Below, in pieces: positions 40,730-50,571 of a stretch of 64,000 nucleotides of DNA. The number at the start of each line of letters is the position of its first letter. Within the stretch, counting starts at the first letter, position 1. Both the position numbers and the translations under genes were made by a program. Origin of the DNA: an uncultured Candidatus Poseidoniales archaeon. GTDB taxonomy: Archaea; Thermoplasmatota; Poseidoniia; Poseidoniales; Poseidoniaceae. The notes under the pieces are model-generated. The model searched no databases. It saw only the letters and a program-made list of their open reading frames with translations, and was not told where the DNA came from. The DNA lies in assembly GCA_963997415.1 (NCBI GenBank), contig CAXEMN010000005.1:2647-66646 (forward strand). The letters run 5' to 3'.

Positions 40730-43510
40730 TCAAGGTTGATTGTCGTAAGCAAAGGCGTCTGAGGGCGGCGGTCCATCAGGACGTGTTGCCTCTGCGGGTA
40801 ATGATTGCATTTCGAGGCTTGAAGACGCCTCGAGTCCCGTCCATTTGGGTTGTTGGAGCGTGTTTTGGCTTCTGCTCCACATCACTACGCCTGCAATGAT
40901 GAGGCCTGCAACAAAGGTCATTCTAAGCAAGACATCAAACCAAGAATCGAGGCTTGGGCTGTTTGGAAATGGATCGAGAGCATTCGCCACTCCATCGTTA
41001 TCAGAATCATATTTTGCCCGTGCATCATTTGGAAACTGGTCCGCATTGTCTCCTAAACCATCCCCGTCGCTGTCGAGCCATTCGTAGGCGCTGGTTGGAA
41101 ATGCATCAGCGTTATCGCCCACCCCATCAAAATCTTGGTCACTGCACTCCGTGGGGTCATCTGGCCATACATCGCTGTTATCACCACATCCATCACCATC
41201 ACGATCATTCCATTCTGTTGGGTCGAGTGGGAATGCATCGCTGTTGTCGCCAACAGAGTCTGCATCTGTGTCATTCCATTCATTTGGATTGGATGGAAAC
41301 ACATCGCTGTTGTCGCCGTAGGTGTCATTGTCCCGATCAAACCAATCCCGTGCATCGAGTGGAAACATATCGCTGTTGTCGCCATAACCATCTGCGTCAG
41401 AATCGTTCCATTCCTCAACATCATCGGGAAAAGCATCCACTGAATCAGCATAGGTATCGCCATCAGAGTCGGGGCAACCAAGTGGAATCAACGAGGTGCC
41501 AAAGGTGAGGAAGCAAGCATCGCTGTTGTCGCCAAATCCATCTTCATCTTGGTCAGCCCATTCTGTTTCATCAGCGGGAAAAGCGTCTTGATTGTCACCA
41601 ACGCCGTCTTCATCCGTGTCCTTGCATTCTGTGGGGTCATTGACAAACAGATCGCGGTTGTCCCCACATCCGTCGCCGTCACTGTCGACCCATTCACTCG
41701 AATCGAGTGGGAAATCATCGAGGCCATCAATCACGCCATCGTCATCCGTATCTCGATCACGAGGATCAGTCCCTGCATCAGCTTCCTGTTGGTTTGAAAA
41801 TTCATCATTGTCAATGTCTGGATCCTCACTGTCATGACATCCGTCATTGTCCAAGTCAAATTCATGAGCGCCTAAAGCACCCAGTGGACAGGCGTCTTCT
41901 TGATCAACAAATCCGTCATTATCGTCATCAGCATCGACACTGTCCGTGCATCCGTCAGCATCATGATCATTGCTTCCATCCCCAAGTGGGCAAGGATCAA
42001 TGGCATCGTTCAGACCATCTTGATCGGTGTCTCGTTGGACTGCAGAGCACCCCTCTTGATCAACAGCATCCCCTTCAATGGTTGAAGGGCATACGTCGAT
42101 GCCATTGGCAACTCCATCGCCATCATCATCCCTCTGTGACCAATCACACCCGTTGAAATCCCGGGTGCTTATTTCCTCCGTCCAAGGGCAAGCATCAACC
42201 TCGTCGAGTATACCGTCGCCATCCATGTCGCCTTCACCGATCGCTTCAATTGCAAATTGAGCGATGAATCGATGCATGACTCGTGTTGGATGTGCTTTGT
42301 CAAAGAACAGATATTCATCGACATTTGGAGCAATCGTGTCTCCACTGTTACATATTGGTAGAGGCAGCAAAGATACCCCGCCGGAGCAGGCGGCATCTTG
42401 GGTGTTGGTGAGACCCAATGATTGTTTATTCTGCAATATGTCATTGAAGATACTCCAGGCATCAATGCTGTGAACTGTGATGCCTAACTCTGCTGTAAGG
42501 TTCGTGATCAGGCTGGCTAATTTCTGATTGTAGAGTATGACTTCTTGGCCTATTGCAGTTTGTTGGCTTTGAGATCTGCTGGAGATTTCAGGGGTCAATT
42601 CCAAGGGTGGGAGATTTGGAATGATAAATTCTTCAGCACCGCTGTTTGCAAGTTGTCGGATATGTGCTTCCATATTCGTGGCGATGATGTTTGCGTTGGC
42701 GCTCCCGTAAAGGAAATCATTACCACCAGCCCACAGGCTGACGATTTCATCATTTGGAATCGCACTTTGGACATTGGTGAGGTAATTCGTAATTTGAGTT
42801 CCAACATTAGGGAGCAGGAGGTAGGAGAAACCAGAGCCCGTTTGAGATCCCCCAAAAGCTCTGTTATCTCCAGCGTTTGTGCCTGAACCGATGGTTGTTT
42901 GCAATCCATAGGCGTCGCTCACATATTCAAGCCAAACTTGCCCGTTCGAAAACCGACCTTGCCAATAAGGGGGTACGTCAGGGACATTGAGGATCGAATT
43001 CTTTGCGTTTCCCATATCGCTGAGTGAGTCTCCAAATGCCAAAAGATTACCACGCTGAGGCATGATCGAGTTATGGAACACCACAAAACCATGGGTTCCC
43101 TCGGCAATCGTCGAGTTGGATTGGTCGAAGACTGTGAATGAGGAGCGATAGAAGGTATCTCCATTGTAGAAGTGCTTCATCTCTACAGTTACTACTGTAA
43201 CAGTCCCAGTCGCCTGGAAAGGGGCGCTACCGTTCGTGACAACTTGACCAGATTCATCACGTACGTCCCATTCATAGAAGAGTTGTGTTCCAAATGGGAG
43301 GTTTGAGATTGAGGCAACCAATTCCACAGTTTGGTTCGATAACCATTCTTGTGTCGGCGTGGATAACTCGATGCTCGCTGCTCGACCAGATGAGGCATGA
43401 GCCATCGCTGCTCCTTGCGTGAGCATCAGTAAAACCAACAGCACGCTCCGGACCCGCACGCTTTCTGCTGGTAGGATTGAGTTGTTAGGGGTTCTTGTTC
43501 TTTTGTTCAA
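40730..43510 (-). CDS. Secreted, C-terminally membrane-anchored SGNH/GDSL esterase-lipase fused to a calcium-binding TSP3-like repeat array
   Basis: Signal peptide VLLVLLMLTQGAAMAHA. SGNH blocks LLAFGDSLSDMGN, FGGSQTG, SLWAGGNDF and FFDKAHPT. These are followed by about 430 aa of D-x-D-x-D-G repeats, the TM helix FVAGLIIAGVVMW and a short tail. Confidence 0.85.
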   Translation of the reverse strand: MNKRTRTPNNSILPAESVRVRSVLLVLLMLTQGAAMAHASSGRAASIELSTPTQEWLSNQTVELVASISNLPFGTQLFYEWDVRDESGQVVTNGSAPFQATGTVTVVTVEMKHFYNGDTFYRSSFTVFDQSNSTIAEGTHGFVVFHNSIMPQRGNLLAFGDSLSDMGNAKNSILNVPDVPPYWQGRFSNGQVWLEYVSDAYGLQTTIGSGTNAGDNRAFGGSQTGSGFSYLLLPNVGTQITNYLTNVQSAIPNDEIVSLWAGGNDFLYGSANANIIATNMEAHIRQLANSGAEEFIIPNLPPLELTPEISSRSQSQQTAIGQEVILYNQKLASLITNLTAELGITVHSIDAWSIFNDILQNKQSLGLTNTQDAACSGGVSLLPLPICNSGDTIAPNVDEYLFFDKAHPTRVMHRFIAQFAIEAIGEGDMDGDGILDEVDACPWTEEISTRDFNGCDWSQRDDDGDGVANGIDVCPSTIEGDAVDQEGCSAVQRDTDQDGLNDAIDPCPLGDGSNDHDADGCTDSVDADDDNDGFVDQEDACPLGALGAHEFDLDNDGCHDSEDPDIDNDEFSNQQEADAGTDPRDRDTDDDGVIDGLDDFPLDSSEWVDSDGDGCGDNRDLFVNDPTECKDTDEDGVGDNQDAFPADETEWADQDEDGFGDNSDACFLTFGTSLIPLGCPDSDGDTYADSVDAFPDDVEEWNDSDADGYGDNSDMFPLDARDWFDRDNDTYGDNSDVFPSNPNEWNDTDADSVGDNSDAFPLDPTEWNDRDGDGCGDNSDVWPDDPTECSDQDFDGVGDNADAFPTSAYEWLDSDGDGLGDNADQFPNDARAKYDSDNDGVANALDPFPNSPSLDSWFDVLLRMTFVAGLIIAGVVMWSRSQNTLQQPKWTGLEASSSLEMQSLPAEATRPDGPPPSDAFAYDNQP
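40940..42232 (-). repeat. Intragenic array of thrombospondin-type-3-like calcium-binding repeats; the C-terminal ~11 units have a ~23-aa period
   Basis: Recurrent units such as DSDGDGCGDNRDLFVNDPTEC, DTDEDGVGDNQDAFPADETEW, DSDADGYGDNSDMFPLDARDW, DTDADSVGDNSDAFPLDPTEW and DSDGDGLGDNADQFPNDARAK. The GAY-rich DNA produces several long spurious ORFs on both strands. Confidence 0.8.
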
Positions 43511-43557
43511 TGGGGTGAAGCGTTCAACTCATAGGCTGAATGCTCCCTCCTTAGCGC

Positions 43558-43884
43558 ATGGGTCAAGTGTTCTTGGTCAAAACAACATTACCAGGCGATT
43601 GGATCGAAGCATTTGTTGGCGAGTTCAAGCACAAAGCGCTACTCGCAGGTGCTGCATGTGCCGAACACCAACGGGTGACTTCCATGTACAGTTGGGAAGG
43701 CGTGGTTCAATCCTCTGAAGAATGGTCGGTTCAGTTCACTGTGGATGCAGCTGCGCTTGAATCAGTTTTGGCTCAATTAAGCGCGAATCATCCTTACGAA
43801 GTTCCCCAAATTTTACACTGGTCTGCGAATTCACAACCTTCCTATTATGAATGGGTTGGCAGTTTTAGCCCCGTTACAGATTAA
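43558..43884 (+). CDS. cutA: Divalent-cation tolerance protein CutA
   Basis: SMYSWEGVVQSSEEWSVQFTV and NHPYEVPQILHW match the CutA1 signature. Confidence 0.88.
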   Translation: MGQVFLVKTTLPGDWIEAFVGEFKHKALLAGAACAEHQRVTSMYSWEGVVQSSEEWSVQFTVDAAALESVLAQLSANHPYEVPQILHWSANSQPSYYEWVGSFSPVTD

Positions 43885-44063
43885 CCCTCGAAAATTAGAG
43901 TAACATTCGAGTGGAAACGGACCTTGCTCAAGTGTGGATTTTACATTCGAAAACCGGCCTTTATAGTATCCGGCGGAAAACTGGAAATAATGGGGTACTG
44001 CGTCACTTATCTGACATCAAAAGTAACTGCTGGAATTGACCATTTCCAATGCTCCACAAGGGG

Positions 44064-44073
44064 ATATATTATA
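44064..44073 (+). promoter_or_regulatory. AT-rich TATA-like element (ATATATTATA) about 60-65 nt upstream of the RNR beta ATG; a second TATA-like TTTATAG lies at 43960-43966
   Basis: This is the only strongly AT-rich block proximal to the gene. GAGGGGG at 44117-44123 lies 8 nt upstream of ATG 44132, suggesting a leadered, SD-dependent mRNA. Confidence 0.35.
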
Positions 44074-44131
44074 CACTCTATCGGAAGGCCAATAAAATCC
44101 AGCGCGTGAAAGAAACGAGGGGGATACAAAA

Positions 44132-45178
44132 ATGGTCATTGAACATAGCAACACAAACGCGCCTGCTGACGGATTTGAAGTTGACTTGAGCCAAGAACAT
44201 CTTGAACCCATGCTCCAAGAGAACCTCGATCGGTTTGTGCTCTTCCCGATTCAACATTCTGATATCTGGGAAATGTACAAGCAGCAAATGGCTTGCTTCT
44301 GGACCGCAGAAGAGATTGATCTTGCAGAGGACCTCAAAGATTGGCAAGAACTCAACAATGATGAGCAACATTTCCTCAAGCACATTCTTGCCTTCTTTGC
44401 AGCAAGCGATGGCATTGTCAACGAAAACCTAGGCGTGAACTTCTCCAACGAAGTGTGTTGGCCTGAAGCACGATGCTTCTATGGTTTCCAAATTATGATG
44501 GAAAACATTCACGCAGAAACATACTCCCTCCTCATCGACACGTACATCAAGGATGAAAAAGAAAAGGATCACCTGTTCAAGGCCCTTGAAACCGTACCAT
44601 CGGTCAAGCGTAAGGGCGACTGGGCTATGCGCTGGCTCTCCCGTAAGAAGGGTTCATTCGCTGAGCGATTGGTTGCATTCGCAGCCGTTGAAGGTATTTT
44701 CTTCTCAGGATCCTTCTGTGCCATCTTCTGGCTCAAGAAGCGAGGATTGATGCCAGGGCTCACGTTCTCAAACGAATTGATTTCACGAGATGAAGGTCTT
44801 CACTGTGACTTTGCTTGTCTTCTTCACAACAAGTTGCTCCGTGGTGCGGGTGCTGCAAAGATCACTCGAATTATCGCAGAAGCTGTTGAAATCGAAATCG
44901 AGTTTGTCACAAGCGCACTTCCTGTGTCCTTGATCGGCATGAACTCCATCTTGATGGAACAGTACATTCAATTCGTTGCAGATCGCCTCTTGGTTGCGCT
45001 TGGCGCAAGCAAACTCTACAACGTAGTCAATCCATTCCCATGGATGGAAATGATTTCCATGCAAGGCAAAACCAACTTCTTCGAGAAGCGGGTGGCGGAA
45101 TACCAAAAGGCCGGTGTTATGGACAACTCATCCCTCGGAAGTGTTCAACAACGCTTCTCGGTGGACGAAGACTTTTGA
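44132..45178 (+). CDS. nrdB: Ribonucleoside-diphosphate reductase small subunit, class Ia, eukaryote-type R2
   Basis: [108 protein letters not shown] and a C-terminal FSVDEDF. Confidence 0.96.
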   Translation: MVIEHSNTNAPADGFEVDLSQEHLEPMLQENLDRFVLFPIQHSDIWEMYKQQMACFWTAEEIDLAEDLKDWQELNNDEQHFLKHILAFFAASDGIVNENLGVNFSNEVCWPEARCFYGFQIMMENIHAETYSLLIDTYIKDEKEKDHLFKALETVPSVKRKGDWAMRWLSRKKGSFAERLVAFAAVEGIFFSGSFCAIFWLKKRGLMPGLTFSNELISRDEGLHCDFACLLHNKLLRGAGAAKITRIIAEAVEIEIEFVTSALPVSLIGMNSILMEQYIQFVADRLLVALGASKLYNVVNPFPWMEMISMQGKTNFFEKRVAEYQKAGVMDNSSLGSVQQRFSVDEDF

Positions 45179-45242
45179 ACCGTACGCGAACATAGGAAGA
45201 TACTGCGCAATCACACTCAACTGATGAACTGGAGGAAAAAAC

Positions 45243-47636
45243 ATGACAATGCAAGTAGTAAACAGGAAAGGAGAACGAGAAGATGTTCGATTTGATGCAA
45301 TCCACGAGAAGTTGCGTTCACTCTCCCATGGGCTCGATCCCGTGTGGGTCGATCCAGGCCATGTCACAAAGTTGACCATCGAAGGGTTGTACGACGGTGT
45401 GACCACTCGAGAACTCGACCAACTCGCAGCAGAAACTGCAGCCTCTCTCGCATCACAACACCCTGATTACAGCCGATTGGCAGCTCGTATTTGCGTCGAT
45501 GATCTTCACCGTTCAACAAAGGATACCTTCACCGATGTCATCACAGATCTCCGTGAATACATCGACCCTGAATCCGGCATGCATGCACCTCTCATTTCAG
45601 AAGAAGTCTATGACATCATCATGGCCAACGCCGAGGTGCTCAACAACCACATCGATTACAGCCGAGATCACAACTACGACTACTTCGGTTTCAAGACACT
45701 CGAGCGCTCGTATTTGCTGCGCTTGAATGGAGAAATTGCAGAACGCCCACAACACATGTTGTTGCGTGTTTCTGTTGGTATCCACCATGGAAACATCACC
45801 AAGGCTCTCGAAACTTATGATTTGATGAGCCAGGGTTACTTTACCCACGCTACGCCAACACTGTTCAACTCGGGTACACCGACCCCACAGATGTCCTCAT
45901 GTTTCCTCTTGACCATGCAAGACGATTCGCTTGACGGCATTTATGACACACTCAAGCAATGTGCTTTGATTTCCAAGTCCGCTGGTGGCATTGGTTTGTC
46001 GATTCACCACATCCGTTCAAAGGGTTCCTACATCAAGGGTACCAACGGGGAAAGCAACGGAATTGTCCCAATGCTTCGAGTGTTTAACGACACGGCACGG
46101 TACGTTGACCAAGGTGGCGGCAAGCGAAAGGGTTCGATCGCCATTTACCTCGAACCATGGCACCCAGACATTCTCGCCTTCCTCGATCTCAAGAAGAATC
46201 ACGGTAAGGAAGAACTTCGAGCTCGTGATTTGTTCTACGCGCTCTGGACGCCTGACTTGTTCATGGAACGCGTTGAACAGAATGCCGATTGGTCGTTCTT
46301 CTGTCCAAACGAATGCCCTGGCCTCCAAGACGCCTATGGTGCAGAATTCAAAGCCCTCTATGAGAAGTACGAAGCCGCTGGCCTCGCTCGTGAAACTTTG
46401 CCTGCTCGAACCGTATGGGACAAGGTTGTCGAATCTCAAATTGAAACCGGCACCCCATACATGCTCTACAAGGATGCAGCGAACGAAAAATCGAATCAAA
46501 AGAACCTCGGAACCATCCGATCATCGAACCTTTGTACGGAAATCATGGAGTACACTGCAAAAGACGAAGTCGCTGTCTGCAACCTCGCCTCAATTGCCCT
46601 CAACAAGTATGTTGATTCAGAGAGCAAGACCTTCAATCACAAGTTGCTCTATGATGTGACCTATCACGCCACAGGCAACCTCAACAGAGTCATCGATGTC
46701 AACTTCTACCCCGTCGAAGAGGCGCGAAATTCGAACATGCGCCACCGCCCTATTGGACTTGGAGTTCAAGGATTGGCTGACACCTTCGCCTTGCTCCAAC
46801 TTCCATTCGAAAGTCCAGAAGCACGGAAGTTGAACAAGGAAATCTTCGAGACGATCTACTTCGCAGCCTGTACTGCTTCGAAGGATGCAGCCATTGCAGA
46901 AGGAGCGTATTCGACCTTCAAAGGCTCGCCTGCCAGCAGGGGTGAACTCCAGTTCGACCTTTGGGGCATGAACGAGCACAGCGGTCGCTGGGATTGGGAC
47001 ACACTCAAGAGCGAAATTATCGAACACGGTATGCGAAACTCATTGCTCCTAGCACCAATGCCGACTGCTTCGACCTCGCAAATTCTAGGAAATAACGAAT
47101 GCTTCGAAGCCTTCACATCCAATCTCTATGTGCGACGAACCCTCTCTGGTGAATTCATTGTTCTCAACAAGCACCTTGTCCGGGATTTGATTGCTCTTGA
47201 TCTATGGAGCATCGGTATCAAGGACGAAATTCTTCGCCACAAAGGTTCCATTCAAGGCATCGAAGGAATCCCTGACCACATCAAGGCACTCTACAAGACC
47301 ACATGGGAAATCAAACAACGCCACGTCCTCGACATGGCTGCAGACCGCGGCGCATACGTGGACCAAAGCCAATCGATGAACATCCACATGGTGGATGCAA
47401 ATCCAGCAAAGGTCACTTCCATGCACTTCTACGGATGGAAGCAGGGTCTCAAGACCGGCATGTACTACTTGCGAACCAAGGCAGCTGCAGATGCGATTCA
47501 ATTCACTGTCGAAGCCAAGAAAGGTCAGGATCAAACCGTTGGTGGTTTGGCAGACCGGGCTGAAGAAATCTCCAGTCTAGAAGCAATTGCATGCTCACTT
47601 GACACTCCTGATGACTGCTTGAGTTGCGGTTCGTGA
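45243..47636 (+). CDS. nrdA: Ribonucleoside-diphosphate reductase large subunit, class Ia, eukaryote-type R1 with an ATP-cone
   Basis: N-terminal ATP-cone [20 protein letters not shown]; [13 protein letters not shown]; [16 protein letters not shown]; SSCFLL; [20 protein letters not shown]; YLEPWH; SNLCTEI; a C-terminal redox pair CLSCGS. Confidence 0.97.
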   Translation: MTMQVVNRKGEREDVRFDAIHEKLRSLSHGLDPVWVDPGHVTKLTIEGLYDGVTTRELDQLAAETAASLASQHPDYSRLAARICVDDLHRSTKDTFTDVITDLREYIDPESGMHAPLISEEVYDIIMANAEVLNNHIDYSRDHNYDYFGFKTLERSYLLRLNGEIAERPQHMLLRVSVGIHHGNITKALETYDLMSQGYFTHATPTLFNSGTPTPQMSSCFLLTMQDDSLDGIYDTLKQCALISKSAGGIGLSIHHIRSKGSYIKGTNGESNGIVPMLRVFNDTARYVDQGGGKRKGSIAIYLEPWHPDILAFLDLKKNHGKEELRARDLFYALWTPDLFMERVEQNADWSFFCPNECPGLQDAYGAEFKALYEKYEAAGLARETLPARTVWDKVVESQIETGTPYMLYKDAANEKSNQKNLGTIRSSNLCTEIMEYTAKDEVAVCNLASIALNKYVDSESKTFNHKLLYDVTYHATGNLNRVIDVNFYPVEEARNSNMRHRPIGLGVQGLADTFALLQLPFESPEARKLNKEIFETIYFAACTASKDAAIAEGAYSTFKGSPASRGELQFDLWGMNEHSGRWDWDTLKSEIIEHGMRNSLLLAPMPTASTSQILGNNECFEAFTSNLYVRRTLSGEFIVLNKHLVRDLIALDLWSIGIKDEILRHKGSIQGIEGIPDHIKALYKTTWEIKQRHVLDMAADRGAYVDQSQSMNIHMVDANPAKVTSMHFYGWKQGLKTGMYYLRTKAAADAIQFTVEAKKGQDQTVGGLADRAEEISSLEAIACSLDTPDDCLSCGS

Positions 47637-47838
47637 GCCTTCAAACGACCATGGCCGCTACGAAAGGTGTACGGCTTGATTCAGTTCACTGAGGTTGTGA
47701 CAACGACTTCCTAATTTCAAAAGAAAAAGTTGACGACTCTCCAAAACATCCTCTTGAGAAAACCCCTTCTCTTCATGAAACATTGTCATGATTTTGAAAC
47801 ATTAATATTTCTCCGGACATTTCGTCCTATCGAACATA

Positions 47839-49278
47839 TCATGCTGAGTGGATGGCATGACCCAAGGTTGCCAAGACGGCTTCGTGAGTCATTTCTGTCA
47901 TGGTTGGATGTGCATGGATGGTACCTGCAACATCTTCGAGCAGTGCGCCCATTTCGAGGGCGAGCGTCCATTCGCCTACCAACTCACTGATGTGAGTTCC
48001 AACGCCTTGAATACCTAAGATTCGATGATCATCCTCACGAGCGCAAATCCGAATGAACCCAGCAGATTTCTCTGCTTCTTGTGTGAGGGCTCGGCCGTTT
48101 GCACCAAGCGGGAACTTGCCGATGATGACTGGATGGCCAGCTGCTTTTGCTTCTTCAGGTGATAATCCTACAGAGACAATTTCAGGTTCGGTGAAGACGA
48201 TGGCAGGAACGGCCACAGGGTCGTAAGCGCGCTTCTTGCCAGCAATGATTTCAGCAACCATCTCTCCTTGGAAGGATGCAACGTGGGCAAGCATCTCGCC
48301 AGAGTCGCACACGTCACCAATGGCATACACGCCCTTCATGTTGGTTTCACAACGGTCGTTGACCTTGACGAAACCTCGTTCATCGAGCGCCACACCAGTT
48401 GGTGCAAGGGATGCGGAGTTTGGTTTTCGTCCGACGGTTACAAGCACCTTGTCAACAACGACATGTTGCATTTTTTTCTCGTCTTTTTCGTTCTTATCGA
48501 TGAAGTTGAGTTGAACACGCCCATCTTTTGTTGCTTCAGTGCCTTTTGCAAAGACGCCGAGATGGGTCTTGATCTTCTGCTTCTTGATGGCGATTTCGAG
48601 TGGTCGACGAAGTTCCTTATCGAAGATTGGCAATACGCTGTCCATTGCCTCGACCACGGTCACTTCTGAGCCGAGCATGCGGAAGGTGATGCCAAGTTCG
48701 AGCCCGATGTAGCCTCCACCAACAATGGCCACATGCTCTGGTAGGGTTTCGAGAGAAAGCGCCTCTCGAGAAGAAATGACATGTTCATCGTAAGGCATGA
48801 ATGGCAATTCAATTGGAACAGAACCGTTCGCTAGGATCACGTGATCGGCTTGGACGATGATCGCATCTTTTCCTTTGCCAATTTTGACGGTTTTTGCGTC
48901 TTGGAATTCTGCCCATCCGGTAATCAATTCTGCTCCTGCATTCTTGAGAAGATGTTCGACGCCTTTGTTGAGCCGAGTTACGATGTTTTCCTTCCATCCA
49001 ACGAGGTCTGCCATGTTGAGTTCTGCAGGACCTGGTATTGAGATGCCCATGTGACCATCCTTTGCGGCATGCTTGGCCAAATCATGGAACCTGTGGGCAG
49101 CATGAATCAGGGCTTTTGAGGGGATGCATCCGCGAATGAGGCACGTACCGCCTGCTTTTTCACCTTCAACGATGATGGTTTTGAGACCAAGTTGGCCTGC
49201 ACGAATGGCGGCCACATAGCCACCAGGGCCAGCGCCGATGACGAGAACTTGACACTTTTTTGTCTCCATATCAATCAA
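47839..49278 (-). CDS. lpdA: Dihydrolipoyl dehydrogenase (E3)
   Basis: VIGAGPGGY, the redox-active GGTCLIRGCIPSK, a second Rossmann motif VGGGYIGLE, and HAHPTMTE at the interface domain. Confidence 0.95.
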   Translation of the reverse strand: MIDMETKKCQVLVIGAGPGGYVAAIRAGQLGLKTIIVEGEKAGGTCLIRGCIPSKALIHAAHRFHDLAKHAAKDGHMGISIPGPAELNMADLVGWKENIVTRLNKGVEHLLKNAGAELITGWAEFQDAKTVKIGKGKDAIIVQADHVILANGSVPIELPFMPYDEHVISSREALSLETLPEHVAIVGGGYIGLELGITFRMLGSEVTVVEAMDSVLPIFDKELRRPLEIAIKKQKIKTHLGVFAKGTEATKDGRVQLNFIDKNEKDEKKMQHVVVDKVLVTVGRKPNSASLAPTGVALDERGFVKVNDRCETNMKGVYAIGDVCDSGEMLAHVASFQGEMVAEIIAGKKRAYDPVAVPAIVFTEPEIVSVGLSPEEAKAAGHPVIIGKFPLGANGRALTQEAEKSAGFIRICAREDDHRILGIQGVGTHISELVGEWTLALEMGALLEDVAGTIHAHPTMTEMTHEAVLATLGHAIHSA

Positions 49279-49281
49279 ACC

Positions 49282-50571
49282 TCACATGAAAATTGTTGCT
49301 GGATTCTCAAGGTAGGTCTTCACCAATTGAACCAAACTCGCTCCGTCGTGACCGTCGACAACGCGATGGTCCCATGAGGATGAGAGGTTCATCATTCGGC
49401 GAATGACAACCGAGCCGTTTCGAACCACTGCACGGTCTGTAGCGTTGTGGACTCCAAGGATGCCAACTTCAGGCTTGTTGATGATTGGTGTTGCACCAAG
49501 TCCTCCGAGGCGTCCAAGGCTGGTGATTGTGAAGGTTGAACCAGTGAGGTCGTCCACTCCGGCCTTACCTTCACGGGTTGCGCCAGTGACGCGACCCATT
49601 TCTGTGGCAGATTGCCAGATGTCCATGGCTTCAACGTGCTTGACAACAGGAACGAATAATCCACGGTCGGTTTGCGTAGCGATACCGAGGTTGATCGCTT
49701 CGTGTCGAGTGACCACATTTGCTTCATCATCGTAGAGTGCATTGCACTCTGGGCGCTCAGCAAGTGCCTTGACAAGGGCTTGCATAATGAAAGGCAAGTA
49801 GGTCAACTTTGGAGCACCTTCTGGTCGAGTCGCATTGAGGTGTTGGCGGAGTTCTTCAAGTGCAGTCACATCAACTTCTTCGAAGTATGAGAAGTGAGGG
49901 ATGGTTGAGTAGGATGCAATCATTGAATCTGCAATCTTACGTCGTAGCCCAATGACCTTCATGGTCTCGGTGCCGTTGAGTTCAGTTCGCGCACGACCTC
50001 CCATTGGGCGTGCTCGACTGGCTCCTGAAGCGCCTCCAGCGATGTGGGCGTCCAAATCAGCATGACTGATTCGACCGCCTGGGCCGGATCCGGCAACATG
50101 GTCGAGGCTGATGTTTGCTTCTCGTGCTCGCTGTCGTACTGCAGGGCTAGCAAGCGCCTTGGTACCAGGTGCACGGGCAACTGGGGCAGCGGCGGGTGCT
50201 GCTGCTGGAGCCGGTGCAGGTGCTGGCGTTGGTGGTGCTGCTGGAGCAGGTGCAGCATCTTCCTTTGGTTCAGGAGCGGCTTTCTTAGCAGGTGCTTCTT
50301 CGGAAGCGGATGCGTTTCCAGCACCATCGACTTCGAATTCAATGCAAACGACGCCAACAGGGAGAATGTCACCAGCTTCACCAACGACTTTGGTGACGGT
50401 GCCATCCACGGGTGATGGAATTTCTACGGTTGCTTTGTCAGTCATCACTGAAAGAATTGGATCGTCTTCTTTGACGGTGTCTCCAACCGCGACCATCCAT
50501 TCTACAACTTCGCCTTCGACGACGCCTTCTCCGATATCTGGCATTTTAAATGCAAATGTTCCCATATTCAT
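49282..50571 (-). CDS. Dihydrolipoamide acyltransferase (E2) with a single lipoyl domain
   Basis: Lipoyl domain FKMPDIGEGVVEGEVVEW...VMTDKATVEIPSP; Ala/Pro-rich linker; subunit-binding ALASPAVRQRAREANISL; catalytic SWDHRVVDGHDGA. ATG 50571 overlaps the E1beta stop (ATGA) and is preceded by GGAGGA. Confidence 0.93.
   Translation of the reverse strand: MNMGTFAFKMPDIGEGVVEGEVVEWMVAVGDTVKEDDPILSVMTDKATVEIPSPVDGTVTKVVGEAGDILPVGVVCIEFEVDGAGNASASEEAPAKKAAPEPKEDAAPAPAAPPTPAPAPAPAAAPAAAPVARAPGTKALASPAVRQRAREANISLDHVAGSGPGGRISHADLDAHIAGGASGASRARPMGGRARTELNGTETMKVIGLRRKIADSMIASYSTIPHFSYFEEVDVTALEELRQHLNATRPEGAPKLTYLPFIMQALVKALAERPECNALYDDEANVVTRHEAINLGIATQTDRGLFVPVVKHVEAMDIWQSATEMGRVTGATREGKAGVDDLTGSTFTITSLGRLGGLGATPIINKPEVGILGVHNATDRAVVRNGSVVIRRMMNLSSSWDHRVVDGHDGASLVQLVKTYLENPATIFM

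Noticed and set aside
40954-41508. 184-aa plus-strand ORF and several 80-150-aa ORFs between 40.8 and 42.3 kb
   Set aside because: They are antisense or off-frame products of the TSP3 repeat DNA in the GDSL gene, with His/Arg/Cys-rich nonsense composition.
40940-42232. Regularly spaced DNA repeats, checked as a possible CRISPR array
   Set aside because: The repeats are in-frame, degenerate at the DNA level and encode D-x-D-G calcium-binding units inside a continuous ORF. There are no identical direct repeats, no unique spacers and no cas genes.
44064-44079. AT-rich quasi-palindrome GATATATTATACAC upstream of the RNR genes, considered as a bacterial NrdR box
   Set aside because: The NrdR consensus is acaCwAtATaTwGtgt, with ACAC on the left and GTGT on the right. 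Here the ACAC half is on the wrong side and there is no second tandem box. No nrdR gene is visible, and NrdR is essentially bacterial.
43924-44109. 61-aa ORF in the RNR upstream gap
   Set aside because: It has no start context, a hydrophobic/odd composition, and spans the putative promoter elements. It is more likely non-coding leader.
45985-46659. 224-aa same-strand alternative-frame ORF inside the RNR large-subunit gene (possible overprinted gene)
   Set aside because: It has Ser/Thr/Arg-rich off-frame composition, no start context and no recognisable motif. The R1 frame is conserved end to end. A long open alternative frame alone is insufficient evidence.
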